The position numbers were made by a program, and so were the translations under genes. From assembly GCF_037042905.1 (NCBI RefSeq), contig NC_087252.1:20710001-20774000 (forward strand): a DNA stretch of 64,000 bases, given 5' to 3'. The notes under the pieces are model-generated. The model ran no database searches. It was not told the DNA's origin and saw nothing but the letters and a program-made list of their open reading frames with translations. The DNA comes from Lytechinus pictus (Eukaryota). Positions 40,101 to 50,935 of the stretch are shown piece after piece. Position 1 is the stretch's first letter. The number at the start of each line of letters is the position of its first letter.

Positions 40101-43100
40101 CCGATTGTGTTATATTTACATACCATACCTGTTTATAGGCAACAGTTAAACCTCCACAATCCAAGTTTGAAGCAGGTGTATCAGCCTACGGTCAGGCGGG
40201 CGCAGGGTTGGTTGGGCACAATTACTTTCTTCAATTACAATTACAATTACAATGTTTATTTACAATTACATTTCAATTATATTACTTTTTTTCTATTACA
40301 ATTACCAATTACTTTTGTCCATTGCAATCACAATTACTTTCTATGAAAGTCATAAATGAAATCAATTTGAATTCTGTATGTACAAGCACCACCTATTTCA
40401 ACATAATTCTAAGTTATAGAGAAACTGACAATTAAAGCTTCTTTATTTACAAGATAAAGATTTATGTTAAAGAGCACAGATTCTGCCTATTACACCCTTT
40501 GATGCTGAAGTAGTTGACATGAAAAAGGTCATGCGATTAAATCATGAATAAGTAAGTTCATTGTAAAGTAATTGAAAACAATTAAAAGTAATTGACAGTA
40601 ATTGAAGTCAAATACATTTTTTTCAATTACAATTACTTTACCTTTCAAAATTTCAATTACAATTACTATTGCTCAAAAAAAAGTTATTGATTACGTAATT
40701 GATCAATTACCTTGTAATTGAGCCCAACCCTGGACTCAGGCATGTGGTCAGTCCGTTCCAAATATTAAGGAGAGTCCTCATGAAATTGGGCACAAAATAC
40801 TGGTCTTTGGGGTAAAGACACGCAAGATCCATTTTCCAATTGTGTTTAAAACTGCATTGCCATGGTAACTGCATGGGGCGGGGCGGGGGGGTATTAATCT
40901 CCTTCAATGATATATCTCATTAAAGTTTCTAAAAGGACATTGCCATGGACTTTGTAGACTGAAAGAATTACGGGGTATAAGTTTGGACTTTTGATCTTCA
41001 TTTGCCTCTCTCCACCCATGTGTAGTAAATTGGTACCCAGTCAAATGCTCACGAAAGCATGTGATCAGAGTAGCCATGCCTAAAACCAAGTAATGATATG
41101 CTACACTTGTATTTTGTAGTTGATGACATATAAATGTTGCATATTGATATGATTCATAATCGATAATGAATCCACTTTTTATTTGTATCTTCTATCATTA
41201 TAGAATTCAGAAAAGATAAAACATTGCCTTCAGTAATGGCTTTTCCTCAATAAAAGCTGGATTTATTGCATTTTCTACAGGATCGAAAGCGCAACTATCA
41301 TAACCTGGGCATTAGCTCAGATAAGCCACTGCTTAAATTTAGAAGTAACATAACTCTACCATTCTATCGCCCTCTCTCTCTCTCTCTCTCTATCTCTCCA
41401 TTTGATAGGGTTTACAACCCTAGCAAGAACAAGCTTCTGCAGACCAACTTTGGACACACAGATTCCATTCGTTCCATCATTCATGTTCCAGAAAGAAGCC
41501 AGGTAAGCCTAGTTTTAGACCATTGAATACCATTTAATTGTGTTCAGGTAATAATGTGTGTTTTCCTTAAGCCCGGTGCACACTATGCGATCCAATTCGA
41601 TGCAATTTTTTCAATAAATCGCATTTTGCTTTCAATGAGAAGGTTCCAAGAAGTGAACTTATATTATTTGAAGTTCAACATTGTGTTAGGAATAATAAAA
41701 GCATAATTTTGCTTTGCGACAAGTCCTATGGTAGGAGTAAAGTGCAAATTGGCTTCAAGTCGCAGCCGATGATGACGCTATTGTGATTTGAAATTGAATT
41801 GCTTTTATTCCTACAGGGAGGCTTGAACTAGACTGAATTTTGATTTCAGAACTCATATCACTATACTGAAATCAGGGTCCCATCTTACAAAGAGTTGCGA
41901 TTGATCTGATCAATCGCAACTATGGACGGCCAGCAATGTCAACATATTAAATGCTTGTTTGTTCCAAAAAATTCTAGATATGAATGTATATCCATAAATT
42001 CATTGTTTTCTTGACAATGTGGTGTGTTCTCCTTTGTTTACAAAGGACATTTTACAAATTTCCTGTAGAAGAAATTATGGCACTGATGGATGTCCATAGA
42101 GTTACGATTGATTGGATCAATCGTAACTCTTTGTAAGACGGGGCCCAGGTCTCTAAGATTTTATCGGCTTGAATGTTCATCTCAAATGTTATTACAATAT
42201 CTTTGAAATTCAGATCGCATAGTGTGCGCTGGGCTTTTTACTCTAGCTTGAGTTTTCTCAGGCATAGGACTCACTGGGTGGTATTTAATAAGTAAATCTA
42301 GGTTTAACCCTAGTCTAAACTAGAATTTTAAACCACAATTTTATGGAATGCTTGGTTTCATAATACCTTTTCAATCTTATCAGCAAAGACCAATTCATTC
42401 ATTAAAATTCTTTTTTGTGCGTGTGTGTGTGTATTTTTGTATGCTTCCCATTTCACGACGCAATTAATTGTGTGATAACTTTTTGCAGCGGGATAAGAAT
42501 GATATTTTATTCTAATTGGTGAATAAGTTGACAATTGGCACTTCGTAGAAGAGTAGTCTAGGTTTAATTCTCGTCAAATTTAGAATTCAGAGACCGAATC
42601 TCTGTGTAATTCTGGGTTCCATGATTTGATTTTGTTCTCAGCAAAGATATTGTACCAATTCATTAAAATTCATTCTATAATCATTCCCATTTCTTCCCAT
42701 TGAACAACAAATGGGCGGGAGTTGGCTCAATCGGTAAAGCGTCTGCCTGTCAACTAAGGTCGTGGGTTCGAATCCACCCCAGGCGGATGACTGAAGCCTG
42801 CGTTGGGTGCGGGCGCGTCGTGGTCTAGTGGTTCTGACTCTCGCCTTTCAAACAGAGGGTCGTGGGTTTGAATCCACCCCAGGCGGATGACTGAAGCCTG
42901 CGTTGGGTGTAAAACGTGTCCCTCCCCCTTGTTCCACTCCATCCTTTGGATAGGGATGTTAAATGGAGGTCCCATGTAGAGAAGATTCACTACCTTTGCA
43001 CGTCAAGAACCCTCTGCACATTCGTATAAGAGTAGGGGAAGCTCCGGTGTAGTGGTCCACCTGCTTCCCCCCTAATCAGTTATATCGGAAGAAGAAAACC

Positions 43101-43363
43101 TGAGGGTGAGAGTGATTTAGTTTGATGGCATAAGTGATGCTAAACAAAGATAATAACAAATTTCATTATTTTCATATTTTCCTTCTTTTGTTTTGCAGTA
43201 CATATCCGGGTCATGGGACGGCACATTAAGAGTCTGGAATGCATTCCGGGTAGCTACCCGAAAAAAGAAGGCCGCACGGATGGAGGAGAAGAGGGAAAGC
43301 ATCTCGAATTTCAAGAACAAGAATCAACCAAATTATCTGATCGAGGATGAGCAAGAAATATAG
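19097..43363 (+). CDS. 20-exon gene encoding a 785-aa WD40-repeat protein (about 14 repeats, probable tandem double beta-propeller); family not recognised
   Basis: Exons 19097-19199, 20941-21031, 22869-22956, 23669-23765, 24914-25022, 26620-26691, 27572-27640, 28032-28218, 28973-29066, 30565-30663, 31307-31397, 31977-32230, 32711-32883, 34390-34512, 35605-35657, 36369-36467, 37245-37428, 39980-40092, 41409-41502, 43199-43363. All introns are GT-AG with matching phases; total 2358 nt with no internal stop. WD motifs include GFEDGFIKMWE, TGSFDKVVKIWS, SSGWDRRICIWD, GHEGEVTQVKW..SSEDGTIRLWS and SGSWDGTLRVWN. Confidence 0.9.
20941..21031 (+). CDS. WD40 gene exon 2
   Basis: Polypyrimidine tract and tacag acceptor; DGFIKMWEVEGYKLSVTTHEHQGWVTDFLY; donor TG|gtatgc. 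Confidence 0.9.
22869..22956 (+). CDS. WD40 gene exon 3
   Basis: ttcag acceptor; WPEAKVMFSSSNDGTIIAWSTAAAVHDHIS; donor gtaagt. Confidence 0.9.
22980..23414. mobile_element. Fully palindromic PIF/Harbinger (Tourist-like) MITE
   Basis: GGCC termini, TTA on both flanks, arms of about 200 bp; half-copy at about 26165-26385. Confidence 0.8.
23669..23765 (+). CDS. WD40 gene exon 4
   Basis: aacag acceptor; FGSPVYTMALNVRRHQLVCGFNACIRVFSLDE; donor gtaagt. Confidence 0.9.
24914..25022 (+). CDS. WD40 gene exon 5
   Basis: cacag acceptor; NRESGHLIDLKYSYNSKEHTDIVKCIVCLESRVYSAG; donor gtaagt. Confidence 0.9.
25670..26130 (+). mobile_element. Diverged PLE-like fragment in intron 5 of the WD40 gene
   Basis: Shares gacggacagtcaacctg..ccgaaac and atctggtttacagtccttttcaggact with the 13000-13363 fragment; hammerhead core degenerate. 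Confidence 0.55.
26620..26691 (+). CDS. WD40 gene exon 6
   Basis: atcag acceptor; FDQKLIIYDSSSYPGNRGLNPVF; donor gtgagt. Confidence 0.9.
27572..27640 (+). CDS. WD40 gene exon 7
   Basis: tatag acceptor; CNPKAHDAGISCLVLIRDSENNT; donor gtgagt. Confidence 0.9.
28032..28218 (+). CDS. WD40 gene exon 8
   Basis: tgcag acceptor; WLVTGSFDKVVKIWSQDGKLTHRLDG...AALYDPKSGEN; donor gtaagt. Confidence 0.92.
28973..29066 (+). CDS. WD40 gene exon 9
   Basis: accag acceptor; VSDFIGTFQDEENEKYHLQHMKYFPELSQAV; donor gtaagt. Confidence 0.9.
30565..30663 (+). CDS. WD40 gene exon 10
   Basis: tgtag acceptor; ASSSRRHILMWKYNPQGCITTLKCKHAVECLTY; donor gtaagt. Confidence 0.88.
31307..31397 (+). CDS. WD40 gene exon 11
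   Basis: attag acceptor; TKKDPILFFDGGSDGQANNWERLQTNHFMY; donor gttagt. Confidence 0.88.
31977..32230 (+). CDS. WD40 gene exon 12
   Basis: Weak AAG acceptor (ctattgacccaaag) is the only nearby AG that keeps phase; SQETFLLTEAKTKLAQL...LDLLLLGSEDGNI; donor gtaagt. Confidence 0.82.
32711..32883 (+). CDS. WD40 gene exon 13
   Basis: tatag acceptor; YIWGFDDAAVNALRNMKPSSDDDLLKKYRILL...ENAAE; donor gtaagg. Confidence 0.88.
33690..33970 (-). mobile_element. tRNA-derived SINE (diverged), antisense; related fragments at about 27740-27960 and 28870-28936
   Basis: The reverse strand shows a B-box GGTTCGATTCCCAGCCATGG followed by a body ending in a (TTA)n-like tail. Confidence 0.6.
34390..34512 (+). CDS. 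WD40 gene exon 14
   Basis: tttag acceptor; TDSVTNRVAGFVCKNVLSGHSSCVTSMFLVGRQHGYGTTYL; donor gtaagt. Confidence 0.9.
35308..35560 (+). mobile_element. tRNA-derived SINE
   Basis: A-box TGGCTCAGTTGG and B-box GGTTCAAACCC followed by a non-tRNA body; no complete acceptor stem. Confidence 0.75.
35605..35657 (+). CDS. WD40 gene exon 15
   Basis: atcag acceptor; VSSGWDRRICIWDLESG; donor gtaggt. Confidence 0.9.
36369..36467 (+). CDS. WD40 gene exon 16
   Basis: cctag acceptor; RLVDRFRNVSGDGMDIEELACDGIVIDMDYSHC; donor gttcgt. Confidence 0.87.
37245..37428 (+). CDS. WD40 gene exon 17
   Basis: ttcag acceptor; RNEFACASGDKMVYIRHF...LQGHEGEVTQVKWSDFTANWITSSEDGTIRLW; donor gtatgt. Confidence 0.92.
37441..38513. 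mobile_element. Tandem cluster of PIF/Harbinger-type MITEs (GGCCCCGTCTTACAAAG family) alternating with a second MITE fragment
   Basis: Three copies of about 260 bp at a period of about 400 bp; CAG TSD at the first copy; further copies near 29123, 41876, 46684 and 61110. Confidence 0.8.
39375..39860 (-). mobile_element. 5'-truncated LINE 3' end (RT C-terminus and ATCCAG tail)
   Basis: The minus strand encodes NTTLAWNQLPNEVVSSTSPEVFIAKIEESHLRFD*, resembling the WN.LP C-terminal motif of CR1/L2-type ORF2; interrupted by a MITE. Confidence 0.65.
39415..39659. mobile_element. hAT-type MITE inserted in the LINE fragment
   Basis: CAGTGGTGTACCTAGG...CGTAGGTACGCTAGTG; perfect 8-bp TSD ACCGTTAG. Confidence 0.85.
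39980..40092 (+). CDS. WD40 gene exon 18
   Basis: ttcag acceptor; SADGMTCEQVINTHGPVSAICLDNVSKCIVAGVHNVI; donor gtaagt. Confidence 0.9.
40203..40732. mobile_element. MITE with CAATTA subterminal repeats (hAT-like CAGGGTTGG ends)
   Basis: CAGGGTTGG...CCAACCCTG termini; no clear TSD. Confidence 0.6.
41409..41502 (+). CDS. WD40 gene exon 19
   Basis: gatag acceptor after a CT-rich tract; KVYNPSKNKLLQTNFGHTDSIRSIIHVPERSQ; donor gtaagc. Confidence 0.9.
42713..43110 (+). mobile_element. tRNA-derived SINE with two tandem, different tRNA-like heads
   Basis: Head 1 (TGGCTCAATCGG...GGTTCGAATCC) and head 2 (TGGTCTAGTGG...GGTTTGAATCC) are each followed by ACCCCAGGCGGATGACTGAAGCCTGCGTTGGGTG. Confidence 0.75.
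43199..43363 (+). CDS. WD40 gene exon 20 (terminal coding exon)
   Basis: tgcag acceptor; YISGSWDGTLRVWNAFRVATRKKKAARMEEKRESISNFKNKNQPNYLIEDEQEI then TAG at 43361-43363. Confidence 0.9.
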   Translation, partial: YISGSWDGTLRVWNAFRVATRKKKAARMEEKRESISNFKNKNQPNYLIEDEQEI

Positions 43364-43416
43364 CTCTGTTTGCTCCAAATATGGTTGGAAGCAAAAATGA
43401 GATACTACCGGGGGGA

Positions 43417-44303
43417 GGGTGTTTCACAAAGATTTCAGTCTGACTTAATATCGCACTTAAATTTCCAGTTGTGTGTGATATGTAAGCATAACCCCATTGG
43501 TCATATCCTTGTCAGGGGTGCGCCGTACCTCTTCATCATTAACTTGTGTTAAATATCATGTGCAAATGGGCACCTAACTTTAATCAGACTTTTGGGATGT
43601 TGCAAGAAACTTGCAATTGATCACAAGATGATTTTAGGACCCAAATCAATCATAAGTCTTGCAGTTAATCAAATTGACTATTGATCTCTGGTCTCCTTCT
43701 TGTATTGACAAGAATGAATTACATACATACATAACAGGTACTTATATAGCAAAAATATGATCAAAGCGCTTTACAATGAACAACTACTACTAATAATAAT
43801 GAATTACATTAAACAGCACATAACAATGTATCTAAGGGGGACTGGTGCCTGATCTTAATGCCCTGTTCACCCGCAGTTTCAGGAACTTGCCCAGAAGGCA
43901 ATCCGGCAGGCTCATAACTCACAAGGGCTCTACAAAACCACCAGGCCTAGGCTAAACCCAAACGCAAAATCAACTTACGAAAGCGTGCCATACTCACGAA
44001 AAAAAGAACTAAGCATGAGTAGTTAAACCACTCGTTACACCAACAAATCATATAAGGAGAGCAAGTTTCAATGTAGCAAATGTGTTTTAAGCAGAGATTT
44101 AAACTTGTCAGCAGATCTTAGTGTAAACAGGCAGTTGATTGCATAATTTGGGCACAAAATTAGCAAATGCTTCATCACCATATGATTTGATTTCTTTTAT
44201 TCAAAATTGATCTATCACTTGTGAATTTGCAACTGAAGTTTGCAATTGATTGCAAATATTTTCTTGCAACACCCCCCAAGTCTTAATTCTTTGTGAAACA
44301 CCC
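43417..44303. mobile_element. Nested MITE > MITE > L2/CR1-type LINE fragment just downstream of the WD40 stop codon
   Basis: Outer GGGTGTTTCACAAAGA/TCTTTGTGAAACACCC; inner GGGATGTTGCAAGAAA/TTTCTTGCAACACCCC; minus-strand YGDEAFANFVPKL.NQLP and KFKSLLKTHL remnants. Confidence 0.6.
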
Positions 44304-45109
44304 AATGGATAGAGTAGAATACTTTGATGGAACATAGAAGCAACTCGTAGGTAACAGATATTAACAATTAGACTAGCAGTTAGACCAACTCAGATATATT
44401 GAGAGGAGTACTCTTTAGATAGTGACAATCATTGATGTAGATAGTGAGAGAAAGAAGGTGTGCGGTACAGATAGGTATGGAGAGAGAGAGAGAAGTAAAG
44501 AGAGATAGAAGAGAAAGAGAGAGATGGAGAGAGAATGATCAAAAGTGCCTTGAACACATAATCCTTGTGGATTTGGCAATTTAGAAATACTCTACAGTAT
44601 AATATTTATTTAAAAAAAACAGAAAGAGTAGAACAGAGTAAGAAATGGATTAGTAAGAAGTGCAATAAAAGAAAATATATACAATGGAACAGAAGATGAA
44701 AGGAAAAAACAGAGAAATAAAGTTAACATAGTGGATGAAAACTTAAACGAAAAATAAATGTAACGGTTTTTAATTCACCAGTGGGTGTGAAGTAACTTAA
44801 ACCAGCTGTCATATTTGACAGACAAATGCACACAGGTTCAAAGAGACACATAAGATATGCAAATAACATGTCACTAGCTTTTGATTGATAGTACATATTT
44901 TCTATGGAGTGAGGTTAAAAGCAACGAAAGTAGTCATTATTCAGCTGTGTTTGGAATATTGAGTTTTCTCCCTTGACGTGTATTTTTGATGAAACAATAT
45001 CACTATATTTTTGTTTAAATAATTTAGGAGAATATAGAAACAAGCATTTGCACGTGAATATGGCTGATATCGCTGATACAAAGCACCGATGATAGAAGAT
45101 ATAAATGTC

Positions 45110-46060
45110 AATAGAAGCATGAATGTTAAGGGTAGAAGTGTGAATAGAAGCATGAATGTTAAGGATAGAAGTGTGAATAGAAGCATGAATGCTAAGGGTA
45201 GAAGTTTGGATAGAAGCATGAATGTTAAGGATAGAAGTATGAATAGAAGCATGAATGTTAAGGATAGAAGTGTGAATAGAAGCATGAATGCTAAGGATAG
45301 AAGTGTGAATAGAAGCATGAATGTTAAGGATAGAAGTATGAATAGAAGCATGAATGTTAAGGATAGAAGTGTGAATAGAAGCATGAATGTTAAGGATAGA
45401 AGTATGAATAGAAGCATGAATGTTAAGGATAGAAGTGTGAATAGAAGCATGAATGTTAAGGATAGAAGTGTGAATAGAAGCATGAATGTTAAGGAAAGGA
45501 GTGTGAATGTCAAGGATAGAAGTGTGAATAGAAGCATGAATGTTAAGGATAGAAGTATGAATAGAAGCATGAATGTTAAGGATAGAAGTGTGAATAGAAG
45601 CATGAATGTTAAGGATAGAAGTATGAATAGAAGCATGAATGTTAAGGATAGAAGTATGAATAGAAGCATGAATGTTAAGGATAGAAGTATGAATAGAAGC
45701 ATGAATGTTAAGGATAGAAGTATGAATAGAAGCATGAATGTTAAGGATAGAAGTGTGAATAGAAGCCTGAATATTTAGGGTAGAAGTGTGAATAGAAGCA
45801 TGAATGTTAAGGATAGAAGTGTGAATAGAAGCATGAATGTTAAGGATAGAAGTGTGAATAGAAGCATGAATGTTAAGGATAGAAGTGTGAATAGAAGCAT
45901 GAATGTTAAGGAAAGGAGTGTGAATGTCAAGGATAGAAGCATGAATGTTAAGGGTAGAAGTGTGAATAGAAACATGAATGTTAAGGACAGAAGTGTGAAT
46001 AGAAACATGAATGTTATGGGTAAAAGCGTGAATAGAGGCATGAATGTTAATAGGAAAAAG
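45110..46060 (+). repeat. 33-bp minisatellite, about 28 copies (AATAGAAGCATGAATGTTAAGGATAGAAGTRTG)
   Basis: Visible directly; the unit translates to NRSMNVKDRSV. Confidence 0.95.
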
Positions 46061-49000
46061 TGAGAATAGAAACAGTATTGTTAATGATAGAAGTATGAAT
46101 ATAAATAAATAGGTTTATGATACTAGAATTCATTTTACTGAGAGTATTTACATGTAAATCTAAATGTTGAGAGTGCTGAAATAGAATGTCAAGTTCTGGG
46201 AAAATTTTTCCTCACCTTTGCTATGGTCCCTTTTCACACATTTATGTGTTTATTTGTTCAATGTATGCATGAGTATTGCTTTAGACATGTTTGACCACCA
46301 AAAATAAAGGGTCCTTTTTCATTAAAACTTTATTGGCAAGTTATAATTTCATAATATAATCAGATATTATGAGCTACTGAAATCCTGAAAATTCAATGGC
46401 CATTAGCCTCTTTGTCATAGATTTCAAGCATTTATTTATTGATGACAAGTTTTATGAAAGAGGGCATAGATGCACATAGCTTTGTGCTCACTAGGTTGGA
46501 AAGAGTTGCGATATATGGGCACCAAGCTTCCCTTCACCAAAAATAATATTGAATTTCTTTCTGTTGAAAGCTTTCAGGTGTGTATGGAATTTGAATTGAT
46601 ATATGGTGTTAGATTATAGTATTGCCAAAGTGGTTTTCAAACCATATTTTGTCACTGTATACATGTAGTAGTAGTCTACTTCTGGGTCCCGTCTTACAAC
46701 GAATTGTGATTGATCCAATCAACCTCAACTTTATGGATATCCATCATTGTCATATTTTTTCCTGTAGGATGTTCACCCACCGTCCTTTGTAAACAAACAG
46801 AAGCATACTGAATTGTCAAGGTAACGATGAATGTGTGAATATACTACATAACATTCAGAAAACATTGTGAATAAAAATGCATTTTATATGTTGACTTTGC
46901 AGGCTTTTGATAGTTGTGGTTGATCGGATCAGTCGCAACTCTGTTTAAGATTTGTGCTGAACATGGCTTTGTTTTCCTATTTTTATCATAATATGTATTG
47001 TATTGTATTGGAATGTATTTCAAGAGAAATATGTATAGTGTTATGTCACCAAATATGCAAATTTCCATCAGTATTTTAAGTCAGTACTTTTTGCTATGAC
47101 TGATTGCACTGAGTTGCCTTGAAAAAAACAAAATATTTGTTATTATGAATGTGCACCTTGATAAAGGAAACGATCCAAAGAAACAAAGTCTTCAATTTAG
47201 CTAGTATCTTGATAAATGTATTTAAAGGGGGTATCTCACTAACTGTCGATTGCTTGTATAGCTTAGGTAATGTGAAATTTTGCAAGGTTTTTTTTTTACA
47301 GTTTTCACTTTTATTTTGTGGCCAAAGATTTTTGCTGTCACACTGAAATTTCGAGAAAAAAAATCAAAATTTCTTTGCAAATGTTTGGTTTTTTCACACA
47401 CTTGGCTAATGTTTGCGAAACAGTCATATGCTTTCGCAAATTACTGTAATATGATATCCCTAAAGTTCTTTTTGATTCGCCAATGCTAGCGAGCACATGG
47501 CTCCTATATCAAACCACAGAGAAAAAATTGTGTTTGATGTTTGAGTATACATTATTGTCCATTTCAAAACAGTTTGCAATAGCTTTTGCTGTCGCAGCAA
47601 AATATTTGTAAGCATTTCCATAATTCATCGAAAAATTGGCGATTCAAAATATCTCTACAGCTGCAAGCAAACGTTCCTTGCTGAGATACACCCTCAAGGG
47701 ATCATAAAGGTTAGCTTATGTTTTAAGATATCAAATTCGAGCATATATGCAATTCAATGCCAGTAGTCCTCTGCATATTATATTGTCTGAAACTTAGAAG
47801 CAGATTTTGTAAGAGAAAGTGTTTGTGATATTTTTTGTAACATAATTATTTACTTGATATTGTGCACCAAAAACATTGATTTATGATGTTTGATGTTATG
47901 TTTAAGTTGTGTGGGCACCGCAACCACAGTCCGAGATCTGTCTTTCCCGCGGGAATCTTCAAGCGACTTTTCATCACAAATCCTAATTTTTTTGTCTTAA
48001 AGAGATGGAGGATATAGAGAAAGCTACTTTGGAAATGTTTTTTTGTGTTTTAAAGACATGGCTGATATATTTATAAAGAGGCCTTTATAGTCTCAATGGC
48101 CATGATGTGTGTATGTAATGTATGCACCTATGAAAACCAAAGCTGTTTGACAGAATCATATTGTCAAATCCTTCAACTCTGCATAAGCAATATAGAATAT
48201 CATTATATCGATTGTTTTTGTTCATTTCATATTATTGTGGGTGTTGGCTTTTTAACTTTTTGTTTTGTTTTGTTCATTATTCTATTTTTGTGTGATACAA
48301 GCAACTTCATTTCAAATAGTATATATTTCATTATAAAAAATTATATTCTAAGATTGAATCATTCCATTTATATCAAAAAATATTCATGTCTTAATGGGGT
48401 GTTTAACATAAGGAGATACAATTAATATTTACAATCAAATTTACTTTGTGTACATGGACTGACAGTTACACTGATACACTAATTCTTAGAATTGATTGTA
48501 TGTTTTATGTAACAGGGCCTAGATATGTCTTGTATTTCAATTTATTTATGAAAAATAGTATATTTTTGCACTGTAAGCAAAATATTGATTTTGTGGGTGC
48601 AACAAATATGTGAGCAAAAAATTATAGGGCTTGCTGCGATTTATTTTTTGATACTTGTAAATTATTCCCCCCCCCCCTCAAAGAAAGGGCCTTGCTCATT
48701 TATAATATGTGCATGTTTTGTATTCAAAATATTTGTGAGTATATATATTTTGCATTGTGAAATAAATATTAATATTGTATTAATAATACATACATTGTGA
48801 TACATGTTACATAATTGTTCTTTATGAGTCAAGAGAAAATGTTAATATTTAATTAAATAATTGATTTGAAATGGATGACGTTTTATGTTTAGATATTTCT
48901 GGAAGGCAGTAATTGAATTTATGATGATGATCCATATCATTTATATTGAGCCTGTGAAAACATATACCGGCGCAAGCTGATACAATTAAGTTAATTATTA

Positions 49001-50935
49001 CACATCTGCTGAAATATGTGCATCGTCTATCTTGTTAATCTGTATTTTATAACATATACCTTCAAGCTAATTTCTTGTGATAAAGGTCTCCAGTGTTTGA
49101 ATTTTTATTTCAAAGGGGAGATGCGCCTTGATGTTGACATTTTTTTTTGGGGGGGGTGGATAAAAAAATTGGAGAAACATTGCTTAAGTTTTGACGAAAA
49201 GCCATGAAAAAAATTGGAGAGTTATGATTTTTTGTTTAATCTTGATTTTGTGATATTACATCAAAGCAGTCATATGTGATGTGAAACATAAACAAAAAAT
49301 CACATGTTTAAATGCTTCATGATGACAAATTGTTCTCATAAAAATGTGTAGAAATTAATTTGCCGAGTGATATATTTTTTGCGATGGTAAGAAAATAATT
49401 TTCTTCATTGGGTAGCTGCTCAATTGTGAGGTCACAAAGTGAATGTACTAGTATAATAATTCATTACCCTGTTCATGGGCGGATCCAGAGTTTTCCCAAA
49501 GGGAAAAAAAGGTGGTTTATGTCAGGAATAATTTGACAGGCAAAAAAAAAGGATTCGCTACAAATATTTGCTAAGACTCTCAATAGCGGGGGGGGGGCAC
49601 GGGTCGGATGTGTCCCTACCTAGATCCGCCTCTGTCCTTGTCGTATTCTTTGATGGACTAGATTTTTGGCACAATCGATCACTGGTTTATTTCGTTTTTC
49701 TGCTGTTTTTAACTGAAAACAAACTTATCATTGGGCTGAATTTCCCATTCAGTTTTGCTCATCATATTGTTATTTCTTCATCTATTTCAGCTTCATTTCG
49801 CGTTTTCGTGTGTGGGTGTGTTCAAAATATCAATATTTACCAAAGGCAATATATCCTCGTGTGCCATATATATTATCCTACTCACGATGAATTACACATT
49901 ACACAATAACATACATAAAGAAATTATTTTTTTATATGTGGTACATGATATGAGATATTTTCCTCGGGTACATTTCATTAACATACACAAAATTGTTTTT
50001 ATACCAAAATTCCGGTCACATTTGAATGATTCAGAGAAAAACAAAGAAAGTTCATTTACCAAAAAAGTCAAAAATTTGTGTAAATGGGACAATTTATGCG
50101 GCAAATGAGGGTTGGTCTATCATATATTCATATCAACTGAGGTGATCTCATGTAGAATGTAAATCTTGAATAAAATTTTCACAGCCATTTTGGAAGCACA
50201 AGCCACAGCTCAAGACAAACCAATCATGCCGTTCCTGCGTACACAGGATGCAGCATTTTGACCATGTAGTCTATGACTATGGTATAGATAAATGCATATG
50301 TAGGCCTATATATTTTTATTCTGGATTCATGCAACAACGTACATTTTACCAAGAAGAGATATGTAGACATTTCTCGCTTTTATGTATTCAATAAAAATCG
50401 AATTGTCATCATGCAGTTGTTGTTTTTTCAATCAAATGTTACGATATTACCTTTTTTTTAATATATCAATGCTGCAGGGTTTATGACAGAAAATTCACTG
50501 TACGCTAGTAGAGTTCCTAGTAAGCTAGGCCTACTTCCAAATTATTAGTATTAGTATTATTTTGGGGGAGCATTCATGAAATAAATAACGATTTTTATAT
50601 ATCAGTAGTCGTAAGACGTCTGCAGAAAATGTTAAAAATAAAACCACTACCTACTCATTATTTTTTTTTAACCTCGGACGTAATAGACGGGAAGTCAGCT
50701 CCTTTTAGAAATAAACACTCAATAAATATTTTTGTGGGCGTAGCCTAACTTCATAAAACAAATGCCGAACCGAAAGTATCAAATAGAGTATAGCGCAATT
50801 ATCACTGTCATAAAATAATAACTGCGATGTTTCATCATATTTCTTTTGGCTCATATTGCATTTTGACATTCGATCAGTTCATTCAGTCCCCTCCGAGTGT
50901 TCACCCATTGACTTTGGTGTTGATTAAGGCTGCTA

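Noticed and set aside
44941..46063. Long repetitive ORFs (264 aa on -, 229 aa on +) as protein genes
   Set aside because: Explained by the 33-bp minisatellite; no splice or domain support.
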